Source: Octopus vulgaris (taxonomy: Eukaryota). Taken from it: a stretch of DNA of 64,000 nt. Every line of letters starts with the position of its first letter. The stretch's first letter is position 1. The notes under the pieces are model-generated. The model did not search any database and was not told where the DNA came from. It saw only the letters and a list, made by a program, of their open reading frames with translations. The translations under genes were made by a program, and so were the position numbers. Where the stretch lies: positions 68,014,001 through 68,078,000 of the forward strand of contig OX597818.1 in assembly GCA_951406725.2 (NCBI GenBank), written 5' to 3'. This document shows, in pieces, positions 27,225-42,722 of this stretch.

Positions 27225-28090
27225 TCAAAATCATGGAAGGCATTGTTAGAATGAAGCTGATCAGATTTCTAGAAGAACCCCAACACGGCCGTTCAAATTT
27301 GGATGTGATTTATCATCATTTCACCAAGAACTTCGACAAAGTCGATCAATGAGTGATACGCCACAAACTGCGAGATGTTGATATCGTTGGTAAACTAAAT
27401 AAAAGGAGGCTTGACAGTTCAAAAATACAAGTCAGATGGCTGCAACCAATGGTGCTTTCTCTCTCTGAGGAGAAATCAATCCGAAGTACAGACTCTCAGG
27501 GAACTGTACTTGGACCACTAGTGCCTCTCAATCATGCCCTTAGTCAGACAAGTAGCCACTCACACCAGCTATGCGGATGATGCCAAAGTATCACAAGCAC
27601 TCAAGGAGCCAGAAAGCACATGAAAACTATAGAAAGATTTGAAAGCAAGATACAAATGGGCTGAAGAAAGCAAGATTCACTTCAATGCAGACAAGTTTAA
27701 ATCAATTATCTACCGACCCACAAACGGAATGTAATCAGAATATGCAGGATCAGTGGTAGCGTCGTTGTGCGACTTTGGAATACACACGAGGGTAAGGCAT
27801 CGTTCTGTGTGCATATTAGTAAGGTGGTACAAATGTGACTGATTTATCGGCTTCTGAGATCCTTCTTGGAGAAAGAAATCAGGTAACTCTTGTGGAGAAC
27901 ATTCGTTATCAGTCAGTAGGTTACTCATCTCAATTACAGTCGCCACAAAATGCCAGATTGACGGCAAAATTCGTAGCAATCCAACACTTCTATACCAAAA
28001 AGATTACCTCGGAGCAACAGTTGGACCCCTGGAAGAGGTTAAAAGAGGTGAGAGATGGGGCTCTACCCTTTCGAGAGATGTGAAAGATAT
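27225..28090 (+). mobile_element. Decayed CR1-like RT fragment (related to 3400-5735)
   Basis: IKIMEGIVR, QHG, FTKNFDKVD, QGTVLGPL, YADDAKV, FNADKF. Confidence 0.8.
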
Positions 28091-28476
28091 GGTGTGGTAG
28101 GTGTATATATAACAATATTCTTCACAATAAAGAACAACTATGAATTCATTTGAAACATGAAAACAGATATACATAGGCAGACAGATGACAGCAGAAAATC
28201 AAAATAATTTATTTGACAAGTGAGTTAACAGCTGTCTAATGGATCACGACGTTATATACAGAAAGTTTGAAACAATAATTGCTTTAACGATGAGAATTAT
28301 GCGTTATATGTTAACAACACCACCGAGTTTTGACATAAACTAGAAGTATAAATATGAAATGACATGATATTTATAAACCGGCATTTGTACAGAAACAGGA
28401 AATGGGATGATTAGGAAGTTGGAGGTAATGATTTAATGGGATATTTCTTCATTTATTTAAATTTACATATTAACAA

Positions 28477-29133
28477 CGCAGGAGTGGCTGTGTGGTAAGT
28501 AGCTTGCTTAACAACCACATGGTTCCGGGTTCATTCCGACTACGTGGCATCTTGGGCAAGTGTCTTCTACTATAGCCTCGGGCCGACCAAAGACTTGTGA
28601 GTGGATATGGTAGACGGAAACTGAAGGAAGCTCGTCGTATATATGTTTATATATGTATATATGTATGTGTGTGTATATGTTTGTGTGTCTGTGTTTGTCC
28701 CCTAACATTGCTTGACAACCGATAGTGGTGTGTTTATAAGGCGGCGAGCTGGCAGAACCGTTAGCACGCCAGGCGAAATGCGTAGCTGTATTTCGTCCGT
28801 CGCTACGTTCTGAGTTCAAATTCCGCTGAGGTCGTCTTTGCCTTTCATCCTTTCGGGGTCGATAAATTAAGTACCAGTTACGCATTGGGGTCGATGTAAT
28901 CGACTTAATACCTTTGTCTATCTTTGTTTGTCCCCTCTATGTTTAGCCCCTTGTGGGTAGTAAAGAAACAGATAGTGGTGTGTTTACGTCCCCGTAACTT
29001 AGCTGTTCGGCAAAAGAGACCGATAGAATAAGTACCGGGCTTACAAAGAATACGTCCTGGGGTTGATTTGCTTGACTGAAGGCGGTGCTCCAGCATGGCC
29101 GCCGTCAAATGACTGAAACAAATAAATGAATAA
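28477..29133 (+). mobile_element. SINE family B with nested full-length SINE family A (28737-28970)
   Basis: 16-bp TSD GATAGTGGTGTGTTTA at 28721-28736 and 28971-28986. Confidence 0.92.
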
Positions 29134-31836
29134 ATCAGAGATAAATGAGTATATCATTTAATACAATTAATGGATTATTAACAGAATAATAAGTTATAAG
29201 ATTATCAATTGCAGATCTATAGGCACAGGCTGACTTTTCGGCTTTACTTCCCAACCTCATGGATCCAGATTGAGTCCCACTGCGTGGCAGCTGGTGCAAG
29301 TGTCTTCTAATATAGCCTCGGGCCAACCAAATCGCTTCTGAGTGAAATTGGAAGACAGAAACTGAAAAAAAAGCCCGTCGTATATATGCATGGATACATT
29401 TGTCCACGCATATATCGATGGAAAAATACCTTAAATATTTGGGTATTGAATGATGTAACTTTATGCCAAGGTGAACTTAACCATTCGATGAAGAAACAAC
29501 AATGGTGTTAATAAGAGAAAACAAAGTATTGGGTGTTATTTGATATAACTGACCAAAACTCTTGAAGCAGTGCTCCGGCATGGCCAGATTTGAACGCCTG
29601 AAACCAGCAAAAGAATCGATTTAATGTTTGCTGTATGGACGGACTGCTGCAGCGAAAGAGAAATTATATTTTTTAATGAATGGGCGCACTTCGTTATGCT
29701 AATCTAAACCAGATAATGGTTTTAGCTTAATACAGTGAAATGATAATGATAATATTAAGACAATATTCATTATTCCACGACCAGCTATTAATTTACATTA
29801 ACTAAGTTAATCAAATCAATTTCAGGTAGTTTTATATTAGTTTATTTTCAAAGCATACTAATAGAATAATTACCATGTTAATGAAAATATTTGACTTTTG
29901 CGATGTTAAATTAGAATGTCACTTTAATTTAGAAATGTAACAATTCCATAAAATATTCACCAAACAAAAAAAAAAGAAAATTGTGTCATGTATGTATGCG
30001 TTGGTAGCATGTGCGTGTATGTTTGTTTTGCGTGTGTGTGTGTGTGCGTGAATGTGAGTGTCGGTGGTATGCATCGGTATGTATGTGATGAGAGCAGGAA
30101 TAAATATGTATACGTTACAGGTATATGCATGTATATATGCATTTCTTTGCGTGAGTATTCTTCAACAGATAAGCCAATTTGCGTTTGAGATTGAAATCAA
30201 ATTTCATTCAGTTTATTTTCCCTCCATTAATTTTCTTTATATCTTCTCTTTTCTTTATGTTTTCTTCATTCGTGCAATGTTAAATGATAACGAGCAGAAT
30301 AATAAATATTTTAGCATAAAATATTTTCCTTTAGAAATTCTGTGAATAAATTATGTCAAATATTTATTTTCCATAAGCACAGGCACCACCATTACTTTTG
30401 AAGAATTCCGTATAATGCCATGAGCCATATACATCTTCCAGCCTGCATATAACCCCACGCGAATTACAAGTGCTGGCAGAATATCGTACCAGCTTCGGCA
30501 TTTATTCTGTGGAAGTGAAGAATTGATAGGGAAAAAATGGTGTCTTCAATTAGTTTTCATTCTTAAACTCATGGTTATGACTGTTCCGTAACGACCGAAA
30601 TAGAACGATGGTGAACACAAGCAGCTGAAATAAGAATCTATTAAAGGATTGCTTGAGCGACTTTACTAGGTTGTAAGTTGAGAAGAATGTATGTGTATGT
30701 ATAGATGCATATGTGTGCGTGTCTATTTATATGTGATGACTGTTGACGCACATCACCATGACACAAGTTGTATTCTTTGTTTCTAGTCCTAGTTGAGGAA
30801 CTATTACCTTTAATCGAAAAGAGGTTAGAGTTGGTGCCAGAAATGGCATTTCGTTTTAGAAAATCTGCCCCCCAAAATTGCATCTCATCTATGCTAACAT
30901 GGAGAATCGAACTTTGAACAGTGATGATGATAATAAAGTCTATGCGTGTGTATCCATGTGTGTGTGTGTGTGTGTTTGAATGTGTCAACATATACAAAGC
31001 ATAGACACTTGCGCACGTGTTCGTAAGTGTGTGAATGCGTGCGTGTGTTGAGTGTGTAGGAGTGGGTGTGAGTGGGTGTGTATAACAAATTATACATATT
31101 CTGTAAAGAGTTTGTTTTCTATAAATGCCTCAACAAAAATGGCAAACTTTTACAAGAAAATACATCTACTGATTTTTCTTGTCAAAAATAGACTGGCATC
31201 TCTTTGATTCCAAGACAGACTTTCATTAAATTGCCAAAAGTAATGGCTTTAAATTGCAGTCGAAAATGAATCATTTATTTAAATTTCTTTTGCGTTGCAT
31301 TACAAGAAACCGTTATTTAGCTCTAACTAGTAAGTGAGAACTGAATGAAAGAAAAACTGAAATGCCAAAATCGTTGAAAGGATGTTTTAAATATCCTAAA
31401 ATATTATCTTGGAGTATTTTTGGCAGAATTATCAAGAAAACTTTCATAATGATGAATATTATTTTTCACTGAAAAGTAAATGAAAAGGTAAGTACACTTG
31501 TGTGTATGCATGTAGTTGTAGGGTGTGTATATGTGTATGTACATGTATGTATGTGCATATGATTGTGTACGTGTGTATATTGCTGTATGAATTTCTATTG
31601 AAGTCTAAAGGATCTCCTACATACCATCTCGAAGACCTGGTTTCTATTCAAGGCTGTTTTCATTTCTTTAACGCTGTATTGGGGAGAGTCATTCTTTTTG
31701 CTTAGCCTCATCTTCAAAAACACTTGCTGTGGCTAAACGTTGATATCTTATCTAATACTGATACTCATACTTAGCTATTGTTCCTTATGGATACACACAT
31801 ACATTCATAGATACAATACAAATATAGATACGAATT

Positions 31837-31871
<35 letters not shown>

Positions 31872-33084
31872 CGTAATGGAGAAAGCTGCTTATTAATTAG
31901 TTATGTAATAGTAACTAAAAGAAAGCAATTATTAAAGGCTTGACCGTATGGACATTTTTTATAAATTCATGTTCCAAGAAATTGCCTATACTTTCGATTT
32001 CTGAAATTTATTGAATGTTTGAACTCCAATTGTTCACAGATTAAATATTCGTTGAATATACTGCGGAGTATTCCGTTTTCATTTTTTGAAAAACCCATAG
32101 TTTATTCTATATACGTAATGTAAAGCCATTATTTATTGAATGAAAATTTTCAATTAGCGGTATAATTTTTGCAAAATAATTAAACGATTTGTCGTTTGCG
32201 TAACTCTTTCTTTAAATCCCTGTCGATAAATGGTAGCAATGGACTCTGCAGGCTCTCCAGTATTTTAGATTATAAACAGAAACAAACGGAGGCAGGGAGT
32301 GGGATCGCAAAGAAATTATAATTTTTCAAATTCCTTTTTTATAGCATATAAATGTATTTATGATGAGAAAAAATATTGAAAAACATCAATATATGCGTGA
32401 GTGATAAAGAAAAGAAGAGGGTTGTCTTGAGATGTGCTAGGAACAACAGCCAAATCTCCCTTAAAACAATCACTTTTCCCTCTGAAAATATTAACATTTA
32501 AAACTTTTTTAACGCAAAGGCTCCTCCCATGGTTTTCAAGTGCAAAACATTTGGCCAAAATAGGCCCGGAGAGGAATGTGAGGGAGGGTGGTTGCATAAA
32601 AAGATTTTCAAAACTTTTTCCATACAAAGATGCCCCACACTCACCCCATTATTTTGAAGCTCTGTGTGTGAGGGAGGGATAGTATGTAGGTTTGGGTGTG
32701 GATGGATGTGTATAACGAATTATACATATTCTGCAAAGAGTTAGTTTTCTCTAAATGCCTCAACAAAAAATGGCAAACTTTTACAAGAAAAGAGACACAT
32801 ATTTAAACATCGGGAAAATCCCTGTCAAACCAGAGCAGTTTCAACTTATTTGGTCTTCTTGATTCGAAACTGCGTTTTACCCACGGGGTATTAAATGTAT
32901 TTAGTATCTTTTTTATACCGACATTTGCTTTAATCGCTTACTCTTACATTTACAGTCCCGTTCACCGATCTGACCTTCTTTCTGACACGTCGAACATTTC
33001 CCACCATTTTTACCATGCATGGTACTGTCTTTGGGAAATTTCGAACGTGGGTTCCCATTCCTAAGGTGTTTTTCGTTGTTGTTG

Positions 33085-33750
<666 letters not shown>

Positions 33751-33773
33751 CTCTTATTATTATTATTATTAGT

Positions 33774-33852
33774 CAGGTCACTGCCAGGAATAGAACTCGG
33801 TATCTTGGGGTTAGTAGCCCGCGCTCTTAACCACTACGCCATATGCCCGCGG
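33774..33852 (-). mobile_element. tRNA-like SINE head (family D) followed by (AAT)n
   Basis: Reverse complement GGGCATATGGCGTAGTGGTTAAGAGCGCGGGCTACTAACCCCAAGATACCGAGTTCTATTCCTGG: A-box and degenerate B-box present, acceptor stem imperfect. Confidence 0.7.
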
Positions 33853-33864
33853 GTATATTATTAA

Positions 33865-33941
<77 letters not shown>

Positions 33942-34249
33942 ATCATCATCGTCATAATCATCCTCATCATCGCCGTCGTTGTCGTCGCCATTATCATTAC
34001 TGTTATCCATTAATATCCACTTTTCGTGTTGGTATGGAGAAGTCATCGCCATCAGAACCAGCAAATATTCAGGGCAACTGTTCGCTTCATCTGCTCAAGT
34101 GACTGCATCTCACTTATGAGTTTCGTTTCTAACATGGTTTCTATGACTGGACGCCATTATGAATAGCATCTTCGTCATTGTGCAGACAATGGACGTTCCC
34201 TTTTTTCCTTTAGAGTGTAACACCAGCGCTGGTGAGCAGACGATTCGCA

Positions 34250-34790
34250 CATGTTCACCATGAGACTAAATATACATCTCGGACTATGTCTTTGCTCTCT
34301 TGTCAATTTCTTTACAGAGTCAGAGGCTCGAATGATAAATACATAGGGCCATGAACGAGAGTGACAAGTCATAAAGGGGTTACGAAATAGGGGTCGCTAC
34401 CATGAGTTGGTTCAACTCTGGGAAGCAGTGGATGGGATGCCACATGCCCTCATGTATCAGAGGATTTATTGTACACTAGGTTTCACTCGAAACTCAGAAG
34501 TCTTGAAGCAGCTGAGAAGAGAAATGTTGGTAGATACTTGTCAGTCACTGAGAAAGCAATCCAATACATCTGGCTCCTGGGAGATGACAAGTGGTGCAAC
34601 AAGAACAAGAGTTGGGGATGATAGAAACATCTGGCCTAGAGTCACAATAGTTGATCCAACAAATCTCATTCTGTTGTGCAGGAGTTTTGTCCCCTTCATA
34701 AATGGCTGCCCTCAGGTAGCTCTAGTGTTACTATGGAAAGGGCCAAAATGCGTACAGAGCCGTTGGCTATCTGGTGAGATATCAATTCCT
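34250..34790 (+). mobile_element. Decayed RLE-type non-LTR retrotransposon 3' end (HERO/NeSL-like)
   Basis: RYHELVQL..GWDA, RGFI, VTEKAIQYIWLLGDDKW across frames. Confidence 0.45.
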
Positions 34791-34797
34791 GTATTCG

Positions 34798-34833
<36 letters not shown>

Positions 34834-35406
34834 TGTACCACATTCAGTGCAAAAGTGGTTGCTCCTTAACCATCCATGATAAATTAATGACTAAATGTAG
34901 CAATGTAACAAAATTGGATACATGAATTGTACTCATTAAGTATATTCCTGGAAACTGGTAATTAAACATTGCTTGTTGTTAGGGACACCGTTCTTCATTG
35001 TGCAACCGTAATATACTACGAAGTGCACTAAAGGTTTACACGTGAAAACTGTGTCTCAAATTTGTTAGCAGTGGGATTCAAGTCCTCCAGTTTCTTTTTG
35101 AAAAATCTGTAAAGATAAATTTAAAAGGTTCCAAAAACAAAAATATTATATCTTTCAATCTACAACCTTTGTGACATCTTTGCGAATTTCCATTCAACAT
35201 GCTTGCATCTCTTGTCAAAACATTTGTGGTCAAGATTTCTCCAGCACCATGAAACATCAATCAACATGGTCCTTTGTCATTTCCTATGTCAGTTGCATGT
35301 CTTTGATGTCAGTCCCCCTTAATCCATTTCCTGCTTTGCTTGGTTTCCTTCTTTCATAGGTTCCTTTAAATTCAAGATATCAACAGTCCTTTATATGGCT
35401 GTCATC

Positions 35407-35447
<41 letters not shown>

Positions 35448-36113
35448 AATACGTACACACACACACACACACATATATATATGTATCAGATGCCAAGAGT
35501 AGTAAAGTTATCTCTCTAGAATACTTCCTCTCCTTCATTTTAAATCCAGTTTCCTTTCTCCTCAAACATAAAACAGAATCTAAGGAGATTGTTGGTGACC
35601 TGCATTGGATAGACTTGTGTCATCATTGTCATCTTGATAGTCATCATCATCATCATTAGAGATGGAAGTGCTGATGGTACTGATGGCAGAGGTGATGGTG
35701 GTGGTGGGTGTGTTACTGTTCATAACATTCCCTTAACACCAAAATAAAGAAGACGAAATAAACAATTGTAAAAGCCGACAGAATCATACAATATAAGAAA
35801 GGTAAATTGGACTGCAAGTTGGTGAAAACTGCTCGGAGAAAACAAAGACAGATTACTTTATATTAGCGAGAAGCGCTGACACAGAAATATCCTTCTATAA
35901 CATGTCTGTGTAAATCTGAATGTTTTTTCAAGATTTTTGTTATATGTAATTAATAATATTTTAATTTAAGGAAATCTTTTTCCAAATATTGTCGCTGTAT
36001 TAATAAATTTTTCTAAAATCGTTTTTAAAATGTATATGTGTGTGTGTGTGAGTGTGTGCATGGGGTTTTTTTTTTTGTGTATACATATAAGTATATATAC
36101 ATGTGTATGGGTG

Positions 36114-36147
<34 letters not shown>

Positions 36148-36451
36148 AATATATGTGCCTGTGTATATATATGTATATACATGAGTGTGTGTGAATATAT
36201 ATATACAAGCATATAAACATATAAATATGTATATATATTTATACATACATATATTGATACAAATGCATACAAACACTGATACATAGATGCACACATACGA
36301 ATGCATATATACGCTAACAAAAACTCATGTAAATTTATTAATGTTAAGATATCAGGAGACACGATTTCTAACATTGTAAATAATCATACCAAATTATTAA
36401 AATTTATGAATTTATGTATGTACACACACACACACATATACATATTATATA

Positions 36452-36499
<48 letters not shown>

Positions 36500-36697
36500 C
36501 ATGTGTATATGAATATATGTTTGTTCATATTTGTATATATATATATATATATATACATATATGTATGTATGTATGTATGTGTTTGTATGAAATGTAAATT
36601 TATAAATTTTAATGTTTGTTATGGGCGGACAGAATGTTTGGCATTATACATTTATATATATCTATATTTATGTATATATAATAAATGCACATATATA

Positions 36698-36756
<59 letters not shown>

Positions 36757-36783
36757 ATGTATACATATATGCATATAGATGTA

Positions 36784-36827
<44 letters not shown>

Positions 36828-38932
36828 TATGTCTATGTATATTTATATGAATATATATATATAATGAATATTTATCTGTTCTTAAATGTGTATGCCTATG
36901 AGTGTGTATGCGTGTACCTATGAGTGTGTGTGTATGCCTATGTGTGTGTGTATGCCTATGTGTGTGTGTGTGAGTGTGTGCGTGTGTGTGAATGTGTTTC
37001 AAGTGTATTTATTTATCTTTTGTATTTTTAAAAATACCAATTCCTTCATAGTAAGTGTTACTCCAAATTTTTTCTGAATTGATATTCTTCAGACAGCGCA
37101 TCAACAAAGCCAATTCTACCAAACGTTTACAGAGATATTGATGGAATTTTCTACCAACAGGAAGTACGTCTGTCTTCTGAGGTTCTTTAGAGGATTTTCT
37201 CACTAATTATATTTGGTAGTATTTTTCAGGTAACTTTTTTCTTTCCATTTATTATTGGCAATGGCCAAAGTTGTTCCAATCATGACAGTGTTGTTTGCTT
37301 AACCCCAAGTCAACCCATTCACAGCTGCTATACAGCGGAATGGCTAAGAGAAATTCCCCTCAGAATCACAAGGCTCCATCTTTGAACTCATCTCACTTTG
37401 AAGCCTTTGGTTTAAATACCATTTCTATAACCTCAAGTGAGCCCATATCTTGTGAATGAAAGTTGTAGAAGGAAACTGTACTGAAGCCTTCTAGATGGAT
37501 TTTAACTGTAGGCAACAGTTACATCGCTGTCACAGTATCATATTGATTGTGTCTTAGAATCACGTTTAGAGGACACATATTTTCAAAGAACCACCACCAC
37601 CATGTTGTAACCAAACCAAATTATCTTACACAACTGTCCTTGTATTTGAAACCTATGTTTTTCCATTGTTACTGTGCCACATGATTAAAGTTTTCATTTA
37701 TTCCAATTTTATTTCAATGCAGCGAGGGCATTTCCACTTCCCCTGTTTTCATCGAAAATATTTCTACATGTTATTTACATCATGTTTCCTCTACATGTTT
37801 TGTTTCATTTAATTCCCTCTAAAATCTCTTTTTATCTTTATCAACACTTGGAAGCATCCTTACCTCAGCTTTCCCTTTCGTCTTTTTTAATTCTGAAATT
37901 AAATTCATCCTTGAACTTGAAACTATTGTTGAAATCTGAAATTTTTGTCTTTGTTTCATATTTGACCCTTTTTTATAACCATATTTTTAGATAAATCCAC
38001 TGGGTTATTTTTTCAATTACTTTTAAAGATATTGAAGGATTTTGTAAAATACCATTGCCATTATTTAGTAGGTGTTTGCAACATAAACTGACAGGACTAC
38101 TTTAACCCATTTGTATTATAGCTTCATTCAAATAGCCAGCCCCTATTTAAATTAATTTTGAAAATAAAGAATAGGTTTAGTAAAATAACTTTGTCATTAT
38201 TAAACTGTTGCTTGGAACATAAATTAATGGAAAGTTTTAATGAAGTTAATCTTAAAATAAGGAGTGTATTTCATAGCCGCAGTGACAATTTCAGATGATT
38301 CGCTATCAAAAGTTTATTTTTCTAACAGGTTCTCTTATGACTTATGTCAATCCCTAATTGGTATTCAGATACACAACAGATATTAGTAATCTGGAGATGA
38401 CATATTAACAATCTCTGTTCTTAAAGGTACTTGCAGTGGAGGTCATTTGTATAAGGGACCAAATATGTTTGGTAACAAAAAAATAAATTGCTGAGCTAAA
38501 ATCCAAATAAACAAAAAAACAAAAAAAAAACAGAATAAATAAATGAAAGCCAAGTTTAATCTTCACCTGTAGTCACATCCATAAATCATGACAATCAATT
38601 TTCTCCCAATCTAATCAGCCACTGGTGAATACTTATATAACAGGCTTCCAAGCTAAATCAACAATTCCGTCTTGGCTTCACATTCACAAATGGTCCGATA
38701 AAACCAATTAGATTAACAACTGCCCAGTTACCAGCCATGAAAACCTTGTACACATATAATAGTAGTAAAGTGACTAAATACAAATATGAACAGGCCAGAC
38801 TCTGCACATTTTCCTGCAAGTACATACTGAGCCACGTTAATGCTCTGCAAACAATGTATATATATATAGGTGTGTGTGTGTTTGAGATGCATGTATATGT
38901 GTGTATATTTGTGTATATATATATATATATAC

Positions 38933-38981
<49 letters not shown>

Positions 38982-40004
38982 TAGATATATAGATAGATAG
39001 ATATAGAGAGATAGATGGATATGTCTATTTATATATGTATGCATAAGTATATGTGGATATAATATATATAATCTGTACACATACACACACACGCATGTAT
39101 TTATATATAAAGAGAGAAACATTTGGACAGAGAGTGAGAAAGAGAGAAAGAGAGGCTAAGGGGGAAAAGAAATGTATAATTTATACTGGCAAGTATGATT
39201 ATATGTTTATCTAGGAATATAATCAGTCATACAAACATAGGGAAACCTGTTGCTAATAGCAACCGATATAAATATATATTACACACACATAATGAACAAG
39301 CTGCAAATAATCAGATGTACGTGCAATGAAAGTCACTCAAACTAAAACATTGATAAACATTGGATTTTGTGTGAATTCTTTCTAAAGTTTTACAAGACTT
39401 TTTGAACGGATTCGGAAACATGAAGAAATCTAAATTCATTGCAGAAAGTTAAGAATTATGTTTGAATTCGTATGCGTATTTAGGTATGCCATTATATGTT
39501 ACTTCCATGCAGGGCTAGATTACAAAGAGATCTAAGAATAGAAATTCTCAATCAAGGTCGTTATGACCCAGGAAGAGGAGCATATAGGCTTTTGTTGTTT
39601 AAATTTAAGGACTTTTAAAACATATTGAATGGCTATGGCGGCCCATCTGAGTAAAAACAGGAACTAAAGTGTTCTATTGGTAAAATATGGTTGACAATCA
39701 CTGCCCTAGCCAATTCCATTTGTGAGACTACTCCTAAATTCTTACTGTCATCATTATAATTACAGATACTCCGTGATCAGAGCACAGCCAGTTTTTTAAA
39801 CCCTAGGCTTCAGCTGTGGCTAAATCTAACACCGCTCCAACCCTTCAATCATCTTTGTAATAGGCATAGATCTTCAGAACTTCCACGTTTCTTGAACGTT
39901 CTTTTACTGAGATCAAAACATGAACTGAATAAATGGAAAAACAAAAGTTCAAGCTCATCCTTTGATAATTGTTTTCATTAAAATAATCAATGGTGGCAGC
40001 ATTT

Positions 40005-40185
40005 ATAAAGCACCCAGTTGTCTTTGAAAAATGGTTGGCATTAGGAAAGGCATTTGACTGTAGAAACCCTGACGAAACAGATGACTGGAGCCTGGTGCAG
40101 CCCTCCAGTTTGTCATCCCCTATCAAACACTCCAATCCATAGAAAACGGATGTTAATTGATAATGATGGTGGGGAGGTGGAGGAC

Positions 40186-40221
<36 letters not shown>

Positions 40222-40383
40222 ATGATGATGATGATGACTATGATGACGACAATGACGATGATGACGATGATGACGATTATAACTATTATGACATTGACGG
40301 TGGTGGTGATGGTGATGATGATGTTGATGATGAAGACGACGACGACGATGATGATATTGATGATGATGATGATGATGATGATG
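40005..40383 (+). mobile_element. RTE-type 3' tail repeat ending in an expanded (GAT)n
   Basis: ggttggcattaggaaaggcatt...gtagaaacc...gaaaacggatgttaattgat(gat)n. Related reverse copies at ~42720-42900, 46555-46715 and 46810-46960. Confidence 0.6.
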
Positions 40384-41537
40384 GGAAAGATTTCTTAGAA
40401 AATGCTGCCAATGTTTGCAAAGACATTGATGGTGAGTAGAATCTAATACTCAACCCTAATAACAGGTATTTTTTACATTTTGTGAGATGGTCTCTAAAGG
40501 TGTGGTTGTGTGGTAAGAAGTCTGCTTCCCAGCCACATGGTTCCGGGTTCACTCCCATTGTGTGGCAGGATGCTTCTGCTAAAAAACTGAGGCCGACTAA
40601 AGCCTTGTGAGTGGATTTGGCAGATGGATATATATGAGTGTCACGCGTGTGCACATCTTTTACTCGTTTCAGTCATTAGAGTGTGACCATGATGGAGCAC
40701 TGCCTTGAAGAAATTCTAGTCAAATAAATCTATTCATTCAACTAAAGGTTCATCACGACAGTGCTCCATCATGGCCACATTCTAGTGACTGATACCGGTA
40801 CCAAATGAAAATATAACTTTTCTCTGTTCTAATAGTGACACCAGTCTTCATTGGCAGCAAAGAACCTATTCATATACATCTACTTTTCAAACTCTGTGCC
40901 TTTTGCTGAGAACATAGTCATCTGCAGACAAGAACATCCACATCATCTTCTCCATCACTTTGGCTTTTGTCCTCTGCTGGCACATAGTGAGTCCTTCCTC
41001 CTTGTCCAAGAGTCAGTAGCACTAGAAATATGCTGAAAAGCAAGTGTGCCAGGACCAAACCTTGTTCAACACTTTTTCTCACATTTAATTCTAGCAACAA
41101 AATCTCTATCAAAAGAATGGTAACAATTAAAATAAAGCAGCAAAAGTATTTTCGAGCTCAGAAATTCTATTAATCGGAGTTATTTTGCAACACTCATCAG
41201 AAGTGTTTCTATCAAGATCTCTTATCAAGCACTGATTTATACTCAAAATTGTTTACTAAAAATCTTAGATAGAAATTACATATAATTGGAAGCGGAGGTT
41301 GTGTAAGCTACGGTTATCATATAGAATTTAACTGATTGTGTAACTGGAATTTCAAATAAAGATGTTAAAACCGGTGAATAGAAAGGATAAGTGATGTTTG
41401 CAAGTGGATTAGAGAGTAATGAAAGCGAAAAACTTTAATACATTATCAGACAGAGGAAGACGATATATGCTGTAGTCTTTTTAATAGAACGAGAGAGGAA
41501 GAAATTAGGGAAAAAATGAAAAAAGGAGAAATAATGA

Positions 41538-41568
<31 letters not shown>

Positions 41569-42684
41569 AATGTGAAATAATAAGACAGAGAGAGAGAGAG
41601 AATATGAATGTGAAATGGAAAGGATTCTAAGTGCCTATTTGTCAAAGAATTGAAGGAAATATAAATCTTTGTATTTTACAAATGTTTACCAAAACAAATA
41701 AACAAAAGTATTTGTGTGTTTTTGCATAAAGAGTTCATGTGAAGGAGGCTAAGTGACTTTTGGGTATTATTAAGATTTTGTTATGGTAAACATGCTTCCA
41801 GAGGTAGATTAGAAGTAGATTAACGAAAGAAAGAAGAAGGGAAGAATTTTAAAATGCTTATATTTAAGAGCTATCTGGATGTTGAAAATTAAGTTAGAAT
41901 AAAGTTGCATGGTAAATTGAATTGGAAAAGTCTAGTGTCTTTTAAAGAGAATGGTAATAAAATTGAAGAAGAGAGAACTAGTGAAAAGAAGAACTGTGGA
42001 TATGGTACTAAACAGAAGAGTTAAATAAGGTGGATATGTCTGAGACTTGAATGTAAGAATTTCTTCCTTTCAAGAAAGATAAGAAATATGCGATAAAACA
42101 GAGATAAAAACATAGGAAAAATATTTTTAAAATGCTTGTCTTGTAAATGTATCTATATTACCATCATCATTAGTTTTTTTGTATTGTTTTATCTCTTTCA
42201 GTCATTTGATTGTGGCCTTGCTGGAGCATTGCCTTGAAGGATTTTAGTTGAACAAATTGAGCCCAGGACATTTTTCAGCCTAGTACTCATTCTATCAGTC
42301 GCTTTTACCGAACTGCTAAGTTATGGGGACATAAACACACCAACACCGGTTTTCAAGTGGTAATGGGCACACTAACACGGACACAAAGACAAACACACAT
42401 ACATATATATATATACATACATACATACATACATTTATATATATTCTGATTGAATCTTCTATGTGTTACCATGTACCTCTTTGTGACAATGTAAACTTTC
42501 ATTTCCCTTGGCAAATACTGATAGAGGGCAGAATGTGTGTCAATAGCCAGCTGGAGAAGATGTTCTCTTAGGGCAAGAAGCTACAGTAGCATCCACCCTT
42601 AGTGGTCAGCCACATTTAATTGACAAATATACTTCACGTTGTCGTGCAGTTACTGTTTATACCCCGTTCAGAGATTTATTATTG

Positions 42685-42722
<38 letters not shown>

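Noticed and set aside
33774-33852. Functional tRNA gene (also the heads at 12840-12912 and 16315-16386)
   Set aside because: Acceptor and T stems are imperfect and each head continues into a repeat body, so they are treated as SINE heads
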